Shown in pieces: positions 1 through 12,862 of a stretch of DNA of 50,306 nucleotides. The notes beneath the pieces were generated by a model that saw only the letters and a program-made list of their open reading frames with translations, was not told where the DNA came from and made no database searches. Source of the DNA: Thainema sp. (GTDB taxonomy: Bacteria; Cyanobacteriota; Cyanobacteriia; Phormidesmidales; Phormidesmidaceae); contig JBQLZK010000057.1 of NCBI GenBank assembly GCA_052168235.1, positions 1-50,306 of the forward strand, given 5' to 3'. The translations under genes were made by a program, and so were the position numbers. Every line of letters starts with the position of its first letter. Position 1 is the first letter of the stretch.

Positions 1-64
1 GTCCGCAACTCGGCATAGGTCATTCTCATTGGCTCACCTGGGTCGATGCTCCTAAATACCAATT

Positions 65-273
65 CTATCGGCTCAATTTCCGATAAGGTTTATTGAAAAT
101 GGCCAGCTCCAGACCCGGATAGAGTTCCAGTTCACGGCGATAACCCCTGCCCAACTGCGACGGCATCGTGTGAATGGTTTCCAGGCGATCAATCGAAGTG
201 GCAGGTGGACAGTGCTGTTCAGCTTCTATCCAAATGGCGTCAGCTCTTCTTGGGCAGGTAAATCAAGGCTCAT
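65..273 (-). pseudogene. Frameshifted, truncated N-terminus of a cyanobacterial iron-uptake AraC/PchR-type regulator
   Basis: Manual translation: ATG at 273 gives MSLDLPAQE(E), and a 1-nt shift continues ADAIWIEAEQHCPPATSIDRLETIHTMPSQLGRGYRRELELYPGLELAIFNK, ending at TAG 65-67. This resembles the N-termini of AraC regulators in cyanobacterial siderophore clusters. No HTH domain remains. Confidence 0.65.
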
Positions 274-301
274 GGCGAAAGCAACGCGATTCGGATCATT
301 C

Positions 302-322
302 TATTAAGAATGATCTCAATAA
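302..322. promoter_or_regulatory. Putative FurA box
   Basis: TATTAAGAATGATCTCAATAA is an imperfect palindrome resembling ATTGAGAAT-N-ATTCTCAAT, directly upstream of the AraC remnant. Confidence 0.5.
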
Positions 323-410
323 TCAATCGGTACGCCGATAAATGTCCTCCCCCTCGGTTTCCGCTTGCTGACACAGTTCTTCCAGATCGCTATGCACTAG
401 GGTGAACGTG
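323..410 (-). pseudogene. Second short AraC-regulator N-terminal remnant
   Basis: TFTLVHSDLEELCQQAETEGEDIYRRTD* resembles the first helix of cyanobacterial AraC iron regulators. It is short, so the call is uncertain. Confidence 0.35.
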
Positions 411-481
411 TTTTGAGTAGATGGAAAGGGTGGTGTCACCCGATAACAAACGTCCATGCTTCCAGTAGCGGAAATAAATCT

Positions 482-502
482 AAATGAGAGTATTCTTACT
501 AA
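482..502. promoter_or_regulatory. Second putative FurA box
   Basis: AAATGAGAGTATTCTTACTAA, a degenerate TGAGA-N-ATTCT dyad upstream of the 323-410 remnant. Confidence 0.35.
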
Positions 503-568
503 GGGAGCATAGCATGGACGCGGCAATCCGCTGGTCTATCCGCTACAGATGTCTGCTATGGATATTTG

Positions 569-1900
569 CTACAGATGTTTGAGATCGCATTGTTTGGAAA
601 AGTTGGCATAGCAGCTAAATCCGACTGCACCAACGGTCAGCATCCCCAGAGCCAGAACAATCTGTAGGACGGCCATACCGCTACCGGGTTCAGCGCCGAC
701 GATTGGACTGAAGATCGTTTGTCCACTTTGCAGCCACGGCTCAAATAAATTGTCAGCTAGCGGCCCTGCCACGAGATTCGCTAAGAGTGTAACGATAGTG
801 CCAACTAAGTAATCTGCCGCAAACACTCGACCCTGCAGCTCTGAGGCCACATTGGCGTACCAGACCGCCATGTAGGAACTCATAATCAGCGGCTGATGCA
901 ACGATGCACCGAACCCTGCCGTGGCCCAAACGATGGGGATCTGCCCCAGTCCCAAGAGCAGCGTACTGATGCCAGTCCCCAGAAATCCCACCAGGACACC
1001 AACCATCCGCCGCTGAAACCCACCCCAAACGCTGAGAGCCGTCGCACCAATCACGCCACCTAGCCCAGAAGCCGCAACCACTAAGCCTAGCACCTCTGCA
1101 TCTCCACCCGTGCGAGCGAGCACCAGCGGCTGATACAGGACTTCGCTAATCTGATGCAAAAAGGCGAAGGTAGACAGAGCCGTCATCGTTGCCAGCAGGC
1201 TGGGCTGCGAGAGGATGTAGCGAAACCCAAAGGTGACATTGTGCCAGAGCTTTTGACCTACAGTTTTGGGGTCAGTCGCGTCCGGCTGATCTGTGGTTTC
1301 CTTTGCCTTGACCGGGATTTGAATCGCTAGCAGCGTCAGCATTGCGATCGCAAATGTGGTCATATCAATGGCGGTAATCCCCAGCAGGCCAACTAGGGGA
1401 TACAGCACTCCGGCCAGAGCTGGAGACAGAATGCCTGCCCCGTAGCCAACGATGGCTCCCATGCTGGTAGCGCGGGTATGGTGCTGCTCGGGCACAATCA
1501 GCGGCACCAAGGTTGAATACGTGAGCACCTGCAAATTGCCAAAGCAGCCAATGATGGCCGCAATCAGATAAATATGCCAAATGTGCAGCACCTGCAACGC
1601 CGCCAGGATGCCGACCGATATTGTGCAGCAGGCTGCGCCGGAATCGCTGAGCAGGAGCAGACGTTTGCGGGAGATGCGGTCAGCCAGAATGCCAGAGAAG
1701 GGCGCGATCGCAAGTTGGGGCAGTTGGTAAAACACTAAGATGAGTGCGATCGCAGTTGCGGACTGAGTTTGCTGCCAAACCCAGAGGGTCAGCGCAAAAT
1801 ACGTCATGCTACTGCCAATCGAGGAGGCAAGCTGTCCGAGCCAAAGAATGATAAAGGTACGCACAGAATGAGCCAGATCTAGAGCAGAAGCATGATACAA
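569..1900 (-). CDS. MFS transporter (DHA3/MefA/EntS-like efflux)
   Basis: 443 aa with ~12 hydrophobic segments, N-terminal LWLGQLASSIGS and MFS motif A GILADRISRK. TTG start is uncertain. Confidence 0.9.
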   Translation of the reverse strand: MYHASALDLAHSVRTFIILWLGQLASSIGSSMTYFALTLWVWQQTQSATAIALILVFYQLPQLAIAPFSGILADRISRKRLLLLSDSGAACCTISVGILAALQVLHIWHIYLIAAIIGCFGNLQVLTYSTLVPLIVPEQHHTRATSMGAIVGYGAGILSPALAGVLYPLVGLLGITAIDMTTFAIAMLTLLAIQIPVKAKETTDQPDATDPKTVGQKLWHNVTFGFRYILSQPSLLATMTALSTFAFLHQISEVLYQPLVLARTGGDAEVLGLVVAASGLGGVIGATALSVWGGFQRRMVGVLVGFLGTGISTLLLGLGQIPIVWATAGFGASLHQPLIMSSYMAVWYANVASELQGRVFAADYLVGTIVTLLANLVAGPLADNLFEPWLQSGQTIFSPIVGAEPGSGMAVLQIVLALGMLTVGAVGFSCYANFSKQCDLKHL

Positions 1901-1971
1901 GCTCCTCGAATTTAATTTCTTTGTCAGCCGGAGTTTTTTCTTTGCGAAATAGACTTTTTGAAGAGACGTAA

Positions 1972-2074
1972 TACAGCGCTTCTTGCGCTAGTAAAGGGAG
2001 ATTATTTTTTGAAAGCCGCGCTTCGCGCGGCTTTCAAAAAATAACTGTACCTCAGTAGCCTAGGAAAGGCTATA
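1972..2074. repeat. Hairpin MITE-like element
   Basis: Termini TACAGC...GCTATA; internal palindrome TTTTTTGAAAGCCGCG-CTTCG-CGCGGCTTTCAAAAAA. Confidence 0.55.
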
Positions 2075-2101
2075 TAATGCTGGCTGCTAGGATTCTGATC
2101 C

Positions 2102-2242
2102 TTAGTTTGGTGCAAGCGATTGCTCTTTGAGTTCCTCCAGATACAGCTCAGTGCCAATGGCACCAGGTAAGCCTCGGCAGAAATAAGCGGGAATGAAATA
2201 GACGCGACCAGCTTGGCTGGCATCTAGGAATTGTGCGATCGC
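2102..2242 (-). pseudogene. C-terminal remnant of an iron-siderophore ABC substrate-binding protein (FhuD/FecB-like)
   Basis: Manual translation AIAQFLDASQAGRVYFIPAYFCRGLPGAIGTELYLEELKEQSLAPN* with stop at 2102-2104. Confidence 0.7.
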
Positions 2243-2439
2243 ACGATAGAGCAGGCTGGCATCTGAATTCAAGGGGCCAGTGAGATCAATTCAGGCAGAT
2301 CCAAAATTGGAGTATCTGCACGAGTGGTCGTGCTGGCATCAGGCACAAAGTAATCATCTTGCTCACCAGTCACACTGATTTAGATAAAGTCATCATCCGA
2401 GGCTTGAGCGGTCGGATCGCCAGGAGTGGCAAGGGCATC
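2235..2439 (-). pseudogene. Remnant of a TonB-dependent siderophore receptor
   Basis: TPGDPTAQASDDDFI*ISVTGEQDDYFVPDASTTTRADTPILDLP (start of the plug, with an in-frame TAA), then IDLTGPLNSDASLLYRAIA (barrel motif) in another frame. Confidence 0.75.
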
Positions 2440-2548
2440 ACATAAGCCTCCGCTATCAGAAAATGGGCAAAGGCTTTTTTATTGCTTGCTATGGCTTTGT
2501 TTTTCCGAGAAACTAGAAAAGGCAAAATTACACACCCAAACTTAGTAA

Positions 2549-3835
<1,287 letters not shown>

Positions 3836-3873
3836 TCGTTAGTCTCAATTAACGAATTTTCCAATAAATTCCC

Positions 3874-3901
3874 GTAGGGGCGAATGGCCATTCGCCCCTA
3901 C
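3874..3901. repeat. REP-like palindrome (GTAG...CTAC)
   Basis: GTAGGGGCGAATGGCCATTCGCCCCTAC is a perfect palindrome; a related copy lies at 43581-43608. Confidence 0.8.
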
Positions 3902-3916
3902 ACACGTTTAAACCGA

Positions 3917-4012
3917 TATAGTGATAGTCCTATTGGTTTAGGACGTTGTTGTGGCGCAGCATCGCCGCGCCACAACAACGCTCGTGTCCTAGCTTCGCTG
4001 GCTACAGCTATA
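3917..4012. repeat. Hairpin MITE-like element
   Basis: TATAGTGATAGTCCTATTGG...TACAGCTATA with internal palindrome CGTTGTTGTGGCGC/GCGCCACAACAACG; an inverted relative lies at 43493-43566. Confidence 0.65.
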
Positions 4013-4336
4013 TCAATGATGAGTTGAGCCAAATTGAAACGAGGGGATATTAAGCAGAAACGTTGGACAGAGACGAAGTGCGATCGCACAATTCCTCAAC
4101 CGCCGCGTTTACACAGTAGCGCTAGTGATCCTGAATCAGTCAGCATTGGCACTTTATGTAAACCTCACATAATCAGGGCTATTTCCTCAGTTAGATAAAG
4201 TTTTTATAAAGCGCTTATCTCCGTAAATCTAACAGTTCGTAAGTAGCGTACCCGAGGCGTAACCGTACAAACACATCGTGTTTTTGCGGATAAATCCTGA
4301 TTAAACGTCTCTAACGTTACCTATTGTGAGGTTTTC

Positions 4337-5266
4337 ATGAAACTAGCGCAGCTATGCCTGGTTACTCCCGCGCTGACCGCCGCCGCTCTGACCCTGATGG
4401 GCAATTTTCAGATAGCTGAAGCCGCCACGACTCGGCTGATTGGTTTGACAGACGACAATTCGCTGATTTACTTTAACCCCGACGATCCGAGTAGCACCCG
4501 CACGTTGTCCGTCACGGGAGTTAACGGCTCTCTGCTTGGAATTGATGTTCGCCCCGCTAACGGACTGCTCTACGGCATTACCGATACAAACGAGATTTAC
4601 ACCATTGATTTGAAAACAGGGGCTGCATCCTTACAGAGCACCCTTTCGCCCTTATCCTACGCAGGCGGACAAACCTCTGGATTTGACTTCAATCCTGCCG
4701 CCGATCGGCTGCGGCTTGAGGGTGTTAATGATCAAAACTTCCGAATCAACGTCGATACGGGTGAAATTGCCGACTTCGATCCTGATACTCCGGGTGTGCA
4801 GCCAGACGGCGCCCTCTCCTATGCTGACGGAGACGTTAACGTTGGTGCTGATCCAAATGTAACCGCCGTGGCCTACACCAATTCCTTTTTAGGCGCACCC
4901 GCAGGCCGCTCAACTGCGCTTTACACAATTGATTCAGAACTGGATATCTTGGCGCTGCAAAACCCGGCAAATGCTGGCGGCTTAAGCACCATTGGTTCTC
5001 TGGGCATCGATTTTGAGACGCTCGGTGGCTTTGATGTTCTTTCTCCCGAAGTAGGGGTCAATACTGCCTACGCGGCCTCTGGCTCAATGCTTTACGGTAT
5101 CGATCTAACCACTGGAGAGGCGACTTCTTTGGGCATGATTGGGGGCAATAGCAGTTCGCTAGTGGGCTTGGCCGCAACTGAGGTACCTGAACCCGGCATC
5201 ATGAGTGGTTTAATCGGTTTCGGTTTACTTGGAATTAGCCAGCTGCGCAAACGAGTTCAGCTCTAG
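4337..5266 (+). CDS. Secreted DUF4394-like protein with PEP-CTERM sorting signal
   Basis: N-terminal signal peptide, LLGIDVRPANGLLYG and GFDFNPAADRLR motifs, and C-terminal VPEP-TM-RKR. Confidence 0.85.
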   Translation: MKLAQLCLVTPALTAAALTLMGNFQIAEAATTRLIGLTDDNSLIYFNPDDPSSTRTLSVTGVNGSLLGIDVRPANGLLYGITDTNEIYTIDLKTGAASLQSTLSPLSYAGGQTSGFDFNPAADRLRLEGVNDQNFRINVDTGEIADFDPDTPGVQPDGALSYADGDVNVGADPNVTAVAYTNSFLGAPAGRSTALYTIDSELDILALQNPANAGGLSTIGSLGIDFETLGGFDVLSPEVGVNTAYAASGSMLYGIDLTTGEATSLGMIGGNSSSLVGLAATEVPEPGIMSGLIGFGLLGISQLRKRVQL

Positions 5267-5284
5267 TATTCACTACACTCTGGG

Positions 5285-5335
5285 ACGTATTGACACTTTT
5301 CGTCACAATGGGGTTTGGGGCAAGTGTCAATACGT
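5285..5335. terminator. Inverted repeat after the PEP-CTERM gene
   Basis: 14-bp arms ACGTATTGACACTT / AAGTGTCAATACGT. Confidence 0.45.
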
Positions 5336-5563
5336 TCTAATCATGATTCAGGATTATGCAGGGTTTGTTGATTGACTACAGGGTGCGATCGCAGAATTCC
5401 AGTCACCAGACCTCAAAAGATTTGGCCAAATCCATGCATTATTGATTTTGTCAATAAACCTGTATCAAAACCTTACAAATAACCCCGACGGGGCATGGGA
5501 GAGAGCTTATCGTCTGCCTAGGATGGAACCAACCCTGAATTATTCCTTGCAGGAGAATCTTCC

Positions 5564-5767
5564 ATGTCAAACACTAACTTATCGATTGAAAACCAGTTTT
5601 CCCACGCTACTTTCTGTATGCAAATTGAGCAGATGAATGACGACCAGGCTCGGCAGATGGCTTGTTTTTTGCATGAACAACTATTGTTACAGCGAGAAGC
5701 CTATCAGCAAATGCTGGCCACGCAATGGGGCATGGATAGTTGCCAAGGCGTTAATTTTCGCGCTTAA
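5564..5767 (+). CDS. nblA: Phycobilisome degradation protein NblA
   Basis: 67 aa with LSIENQF...QIEQMNDDQARQ...L.EQ...QWG, the NblA pattern; AGGAG RBS upstream. Confidence 0.85.
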   Translation: MSNTNLSIENQFSHATFCMQIEQMNDDQARQMACFLHEQLLLQREAYQQMLATQWGMDSCQGVNFRA

Positions 5768-6004
5768 CAACGCACTTGATAATGCTCTTGATAACAAGAA
5801 TGACTAGCGGTTGCCAGCCATAAATGTTTTCGTAAACCAAAAAGCTGTGATACGTCCGATCCCGCTGGTTGCACCCGCAACGGCAACAACTTGTTGATCA
5901 ATAGGCTTCAGTTGCATAACAATTCACGACAGTCCTTGCCCCAACTTAAAAAGGAAACAGTGATAAACTCTCTCTCTGGTGGGGGAAGTTATATGAAGTC
6001 GGTT

Positions 6005-7161
6005 GGGAGCATCCCGAAAGTGCAAAAACAGTTAAATTGCCAAGGCTCCATTGAGATAAGCACAGCGAAGAGCCACCATGGCGTTGACATTTTCTGCCTT
6101 CCACTGAGCCCCTGAAATCTTCAAACGTCGGTCAATCTGCTTAACGGCGGATTCAACTGCACCCGAGCCAATACTGGCCAACTGCTCAGCTTGCACATAG
6201 CTGTAGTTCACGATGCGATGTCGGTGCTTGTCGAGATAGGCGCAAAAATTGGCTGCTCGGTTGCCCCGACAGCCATCAAAGAGGTTCTTCGCCGCCTCTA
6301 GTTGGCCGTGCCAGAGGAGAGTTTCAGCTTTGGTCAAGCGTTTGAGCGACCCGCCCACTTTGTAGAGATTTTCGTTGAGATGGTACCAATCTAAAATCTC
6401 CCAGCGCTGGCAGGGAGAAGCGATCGCTTGGAACAGATTCCAGATCCCCGCATGGCCATCCCCCAAGCAAACCAGCGGGGTACTCAAGCGCTGAGCATTA
6501 ATCCAGTCCGTCAGCGAGAGTGCATCTTGAAACCAGGCACCATAGTAGAGACTATTCAGCCGAGCGGCTTTGTAGTCTCGCCAGTAGCTCGCTTGGCCCG
6601 CTTCACCCCGCAGTCTGACTTTGCCGCCATCTAAACTGATTTCATTGACCGCTTGCTTTGCCTCGGGAGCCGACCACTCCTGCTGTTGCACCAGCCGATG
6701 TAGACTGCTGTGACCCACTCGCATCCCCGTCAGAGCCTCCACCTCGGCTTCAGCATTCTGGTACGATTCGTTGGCACACAAGCGCAAGCAACTGTTACTC
6801 AACACTGGACTCAAGCGGTCATAGGCTGCGATATCCAGGCGTCGAGCTTGTTGCTGATGGATTTCCAGGGTTCCAATACAGCTTTTCAAGCGTCTGATTC
6901 GTCCCCGGCAGGTTTGGGTAACCTGGTGGATAAAAAATGACCGATTTCTGGCCCAACCTGTTCAAGCAGGTGCTGACGAACGGCTGTCTCGATCCCTTCT
7001 AGGTCTTGAATCGCAGATGAGTCTGTTTCGTCGTAGAGAATTTGAGCGGCTTCTTGCAGGCAGGCTTTAAGGCGTTCTTGCTTTTGCACATCCATCAGGG
7101 GGGCTCCAGAACCAGAGGGCTTTACCCATTATCGGTCTATTTACACATTCGGGATGCTCCC
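6005..7161 (-). mobile_element. ISKra4-family insertion sequence, intact ends
   Basis: TIRs GGGAGCATCCCGAAAGTGCAAA (from 6005) and TTTACACATTCGGGATGCTCCC (to 7161); flanking direct repeat TATGAAGTCGGTT at 5992-6004 and 7162-7174. Confidence 0.92.
6032..7095 (-). CDS. ISKra4 transposase (ORFs 6886-7095 and 6032-6889, probably joined by -1 frameshift)
   Basis: DDE-type motifs SLDGGKVR, LGDGHAGIW, LDWYHL and GSGAVES; slippery T_TTT_TTA on the minus strand near 6931-6937. Confidence 0.88.
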
Positions 7162-7197
7162 TATGAAGTCGGTTTTTCTATGGAAAATAAGGAGAAA

Positions 7198-7271
7198 CGG
7201 GACTGGCGCGATTCGAACGCGCGACCTACCGCTTAGGAGGCGGTTGCTCTATCCTGCTGAGCTACAGCCCC
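7198..7271 (-). tRNA. trnR: tRNA-Arg(CCT)
   Basis: Reverse complement GGGGCTGTAGCTCAGCAGGATAGAGCAACCGCCT-CCT-AAGCGGTAGGTCGCGCGTTCGAATCGCGCCAGTCCCG folds as a cloverleaf. Confidence 0.96.
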
Positions 7272-7356
7272 AGGTACAGTGGACATTATAGCGGTATGAC
7301 TCATCAAACAATGGCTTCTATTGCGAAAGCTTGAGCAAATCATGATATTAACTCGG

Positions 7357-9446
<2,090 letters not shown>

Positions 9447-9541
9447 ATTGCCTAAAGCCAGAGTGTTCCTAGACGTACATTATGGGTACATTAAGCCCTG
9501 TTCTAGTTCAACCTACAGGCGTATAGTCCTGCGTTTAGCGA

Positions 9542-9660
9542 TAGCCTACCGACGTGTTTTTGAGGCGGTTCGTCTTGAGGGATAGCAGAATTCCGACGAT
9601 ATCGCTAGGCGATATCGTCGGAATTCTGCTATCCCTTATCTTGATACGGGCAGTCGGCTA
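9542..9660. repeat. Hairpin element with 28-bp perfect arms (9578-9636)
   Basis: AGGGATAGCAGAATTCCGACGATATCGC-TAG-GCGATATCGTCGGAATTCTGCTATCCCT, within TAGCC...GGCTA ends. Confidence 0.7.
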
Positions 9661-10095
9661 GGGTGCCGATGGCACAAATGGCAGTGGCTCGGCATGGGCC
9701 CAGAAGGCTTCAAGATTGTAGAATTCTCGCTCGTCCGGCAGGAAAATATGGACAATCACATCGCCATAATCCTGTAAAATCCAGTTTCCCTCAGACTGTC
9801 CTTCGGTGCGTAGGGGATAGCGTTGCCATTCTTCGGCAACCCGATCTTCGATAGAGCGCGAAATCGCCCGCACCTGCACATTGGAAAAGCCCGTCACGAT
9901 TACGAAGTAATCGGCAAGGTAAGAGACTTCTGTCACTTTGAGAACCGTGATGTCTGCACCCTTGCGCTCATCTGCTGCGGCTGCAATGGTCAGTGCCAGT
10001 GCCTTTACCTCTTCATCCGTGAGAGACTTCTCAGCAGTGGGAAAACCAACGACATTAGAGTCTGGGATTCGAGCGTTTAGGTTGTTAGACATCAT
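9658..10095 (-). CDS. rsfS: Ribosome silencing factor (Iojap)
   Basis: [30 protein letters not shown] and FYNLEAFW. Confidence 0.95.
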   Translation of the reverse strand: MMSNNLNARIPDSNVVGFPTAEKSLTDEEVKALALTIAAAADERKGADITVLKVTEVSYLADYFVIVTGFSNVQVRAISRSIEDRVAEEWQRYPLRTEGQSEGNWILQDYGDVIVHIFLPDEREFYNLEAFWAHAEPLPFVPSAP

Positions 10096-10159
10096 TAATG
10101 TTTTCTGTCCTCATTCAATACGTTAATAAAACAGGATACTGTTGTGATCCTAACAAGAG

Positions 10160-10810
10160 TCAAGCGGAGCGGATCTGATTTGCTGATTTTTGTGTCGATT
10201 TATTGCGGTGGCGTTGCAAGAAGTAATTTCGCGTTCGCACGGCCCGCGGATGAATCAAGCGGCGCTTCTTCATCAACGTTTGCAGCTTCATCTCACAGGT
10301 TAAATAAACTGCTTCGCCTAAATCTCGCTGGCTGGCCTGACGCAGATTGTTGAGCTGTTCCGTGTCCCCTCGACCGGGTTCTAGGCTATCAGCCAGGAAA
10401 ACAATGCAGCTTAGTGAGTCCATCTCCGGTTGTCCCAGCGTATGATTCGCGATCGCAGCCAGTACTGCCTCATCTGTGACGCCAAACTCATCCCTCGCCA
10501 CAATCGCGCCCACATCCGCATGAAGCAAATGGGGATTCTCGTAAGCAACCTCATCCAGCGCTAATCCTTCAGCTTCAGCCATCGCTAGCAGCGTTTGCAC
10601 CGGAAAATACTTGGCTAAATCATGTAGCAAACCCGCCGTAGCCGCAGGCGTGGGATCAAGGTCATGCTGCTGCGCCAGTTCAACCGCCATCTGCGCCACC
10701 CGCTGAACATGCTCAATCCGCGACTGGGGCACATGATGCGCCTCATACCAATCCAGCACTCGTCGTCGAAATACACTTGTCGGCAACACCTCAGCAAGCA
10801 CGTTAATCAT
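10160..10810 (-). CDS. yqeK: HD-domain bis(5'-nucleosyl)-tetraphosphatase
   Basis: RIEH, LLHDLAK, LLHADVGA, HTLG and FLADSLEPGR; next to rsfS. Confidence 0.9.
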   Translation of the reverse strand: MINVLAEVLPTSVFRRRVLDWYEAHHVPQSRIEHVQRVAQMAVELAQQHDLDPTPAATAGLLHDLAKYFPVQTLLAMAEAEGLALDEVAYENPHLLHADVGAIVARDEFGVTDEAVLAAIANHTLGQPEMDSLSCIVFLADSLEPGRGDTEQLNNLRQASQRDLGEAVYLTCEMKLQTLMKKRRLIHPRAVRTRNYFLQRHRNKSTQKSANQIRSA

Positions 10811-10888
10811 TCCCTCCTAATCGTAAACATCTCACCTCCACCACTCACCCCCGTCTCTTATCCTCTCCAATACCAAATCCACATCCCT

Positions 10889-10972
10889 TACCCATCCACT
10901 CATCTACCCATTTACCCATCCACTCATCTACCCATTTACCCATCTACCCATCCACCCACCTACCCATCCACC
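10889..10972. repeat. Short tandem repeats (ACCCATCY-type octamer)
   Basis: Repeated ACCCATCC/ACTCATCT/ACCCATTT units; the complementary motif occurs at 39546-39575. Confidence 0.85.
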
Positions 10973-11063
10973 ACCAACTACCAAAAAACAAAAGACCCCA
11001 GGTCACAATTTGCATCCCAGAGTCTTTCAGTAATTACAATATCAAGCGGAAGCAGAGGGCATC

Positions 11064-11591
11064 CTATCGTCTGCGATCGCGTTCTTTACGACGACGACGC
11101 ATGGCCGAAACCAGCGCTGGATCAATCGGAAATCCGGGCGTTGGCATCACCTGATAGCGACGCTCTCTTTCCAGTAGCTGAAGCTCGGTGTAGTCAACCC
11201 AGTGAATGCAATCAACTGGACAGGTATCGATTGCTTCCTGAACGACCTCCTCTGGATCTCCATCTTGCCGGATCACGCGCGAGCGACCATATTCCGGCTC
11301 AATGAAAAACGTGTTGCGCGCGACGTGGGCACAGTGCTTACAGCCAATGCAGGTCACCTCGTCAACATAGACACCCTTCTGGCGCACAACGCCACCCAGT
11401 TCTGGCTCCAAACCTGACCGATTTTCAGCATGCCGCAGCATACCGCCCAGTTCTGGTTCTGCGCCAGCTGGTTGGGAAGGATTGCCTGATAGCTGATCGC
11501 TCATAGACTGATCGCGCATTTGCGCGTGGTCACCCATTAAACGATTGTGATCAGGCAGTTGCCCCATCAGATCGTGGCCTGTATCCACCAT
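11064..11591 (-). CDS. 4Fe-4S ferredoxin-domain protein (true start may be ~11504)
   Basis: VDEVTCIGCKHC...CPVDCIHW. Confidence 0.88.
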   Translation of the reverse strand: MVDTGHDLMGQLPDHNRLMGDHAQMRDQSMSDQLSGNPSQPAGAEPELGGMLRHAENRSGLEPELGGVVRQKGVYVDEVTCIGCKHCAHVARNTFFIEPEYGRSRVIRQDGDPEEVVQEAIDTCPVDCIHWVDYTELQLLERERRYQVMPTPGFPIDPALVSAMRRRRKERDRRR

Positions 11592-11983
11592 TACGCGCTC
11601 CAGCGTTGTAGCACCAGGCGAATAGAACCATCTTGGTTGTTTTGCTGTTCAGCCAGTTGGAATCCCTGGCGCATGGACTCACCCAGCACAGTGTGATATG
11701 CGTAGCGCTGAGTTACCTGCTTGATGAAGCCTTCAACTGAGAGCGGCTGCTGCCAATACTGCAAGTCAGCAACTAGTTCGTACTGCTCGGTTTCTGGATT
11801 TAAAGTGAACCCAATGTCGTATCCATTGTCTTGAGCAATTGCGATCGCAGCGGCATGGGTCTTACCCTGATACCCCTTAACGTCGCAAGGCCCTGACTTC
11901 CAATCAATACCCAGATCAGTCAAGGCTGATTGTAAAGCAGGAAGATGGCGAATTTGTGTTTTAATTTGGCTGAAATGTGACAT
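11591..11983 (-). CDS. ycf35: DUF1257 / Ycf35 family protein
   Basis: MSHFSQIKT...VADLQYW...VTQRYAYH...IRLVLQRW. Confidence 0.9.
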   Translation of the reverse strand: MSHFSQIKTQIRHLPALQSALTDLGIDWKSGPCDVKGYQGKTHAAAIAIAQDNGYDIGFTLNPETEQYELVADLQYWQQPLSVEGFIKQVTQRYAYHTVLGESMRQGFQLAEQQNNQDGSIRLVLQRWSA

Positions 11984-12134
11984 GGCCGCTTGCCTAAAAA
12001 ATGAACTGCGAGAAAATAAACCTAGAAAACGATCTAGATATTGAATCTAAACAAATTGCAATAATTTGAAACTATTTGAAGATCAAATTCAACAGTTATC
12101 TATAGTAAACGCTTAACCCATGATGGATTGGAGT

Positions 12135-12350
12135 TTACCATTGACTCGTTGAGGTTTGATTATAAGCAGTCGCAGAAGATTGAACCTGCTGAGCTTGATT
12201 GAAGTATTCTGACGTGTGCTCCTGATGCAGCACATGACCGAGTTGAGCTTCAATTGCCGCTGTAACTTCCTCGCAGGAGGATCCTACGATGCCAGTCACT
12301 GTCTCAACCACGCGCCCATCGGGATAGATTACGAACTCCAGGGTTTCCAT
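12135..12350 (-). CDS. DUF2997 family protein
   Basis: METLEFVIYPDGRV.E.VTG..G.SC.EVT; usual neighbour of DUF1257 and the ferredoxin. Confidence 0.88.
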   Translation of the reverse strand: METLEFVIYPDGRVVETVTGIVGSSCEEVTAAIEAQLGHVLHQEHTSEYFNQAQQVQSSATAYNQTSTSQW

Positions 12351-12862
12351 GTTGGCTTAAATGTCCTGTACATTGGCTGTTGCAGCGCAGAGCCACGAAA
12401 AGCCCTACCGTCAGCAACTTCGTCAACTACTACTGATCTGCTTCTATCCGCAAATGGTAGAAACAGGTTGAAAAAGTATGTAAAACTTAAAACTCGTGCA
12501 GGTGCCTACACTTATTAGTGATAGTTTCGCGTAACTTGTCAGAGCAGTCAAGAGAAATGGGTCGAAAGTCTCATCAGATCTAACTTTTGGCAGTTTTTCA
12601 ATTATAGAAATTGAGATTTTTTATTCCTTAAGCAATTGAAATATCTATGGGTAAAGTTGTAATGCTTGATATTGCTTAATCCATTACGTTGTTTCAAATT
12701 GCATCAGCCATTTTTGATCTTAGAGAAGAGTGATACGCCAACGAAAATGTATACCGTTCTCAGGTTTCAGAGTTTTCTGCCTCTGATGAATGGGTTTTGT
12801 CTGTTCAACTTGTAAACGAAAACGGGATAATAAAGCCTTGAATGTAATCGACGGATGCAAGT

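Noticed and set aside
1..29. Possible gene start MRMTYAELR on the minus strand running off the window
   Set aside because: Only nine codons are visible, so it cannot be supported.
2002..2223. 73-aa ORF from the track
   Set aside because: Wrong frame of the binding-protein remnant, running into a palindromic repeat.
4220..4270. Clustered CGTA motifs upstream of the PEP-CTERM gene
   Set aside because: Spacing is irregular (16, 9, 11, 6 bp), so there is no convincing phasing.
10664..11305. 213-aa plus-strand ORF with PSTHLPIY repeats
   Set aside because: Antisense to yqeK and the ferredoxin; open only because of the stop-free octamer repeats.
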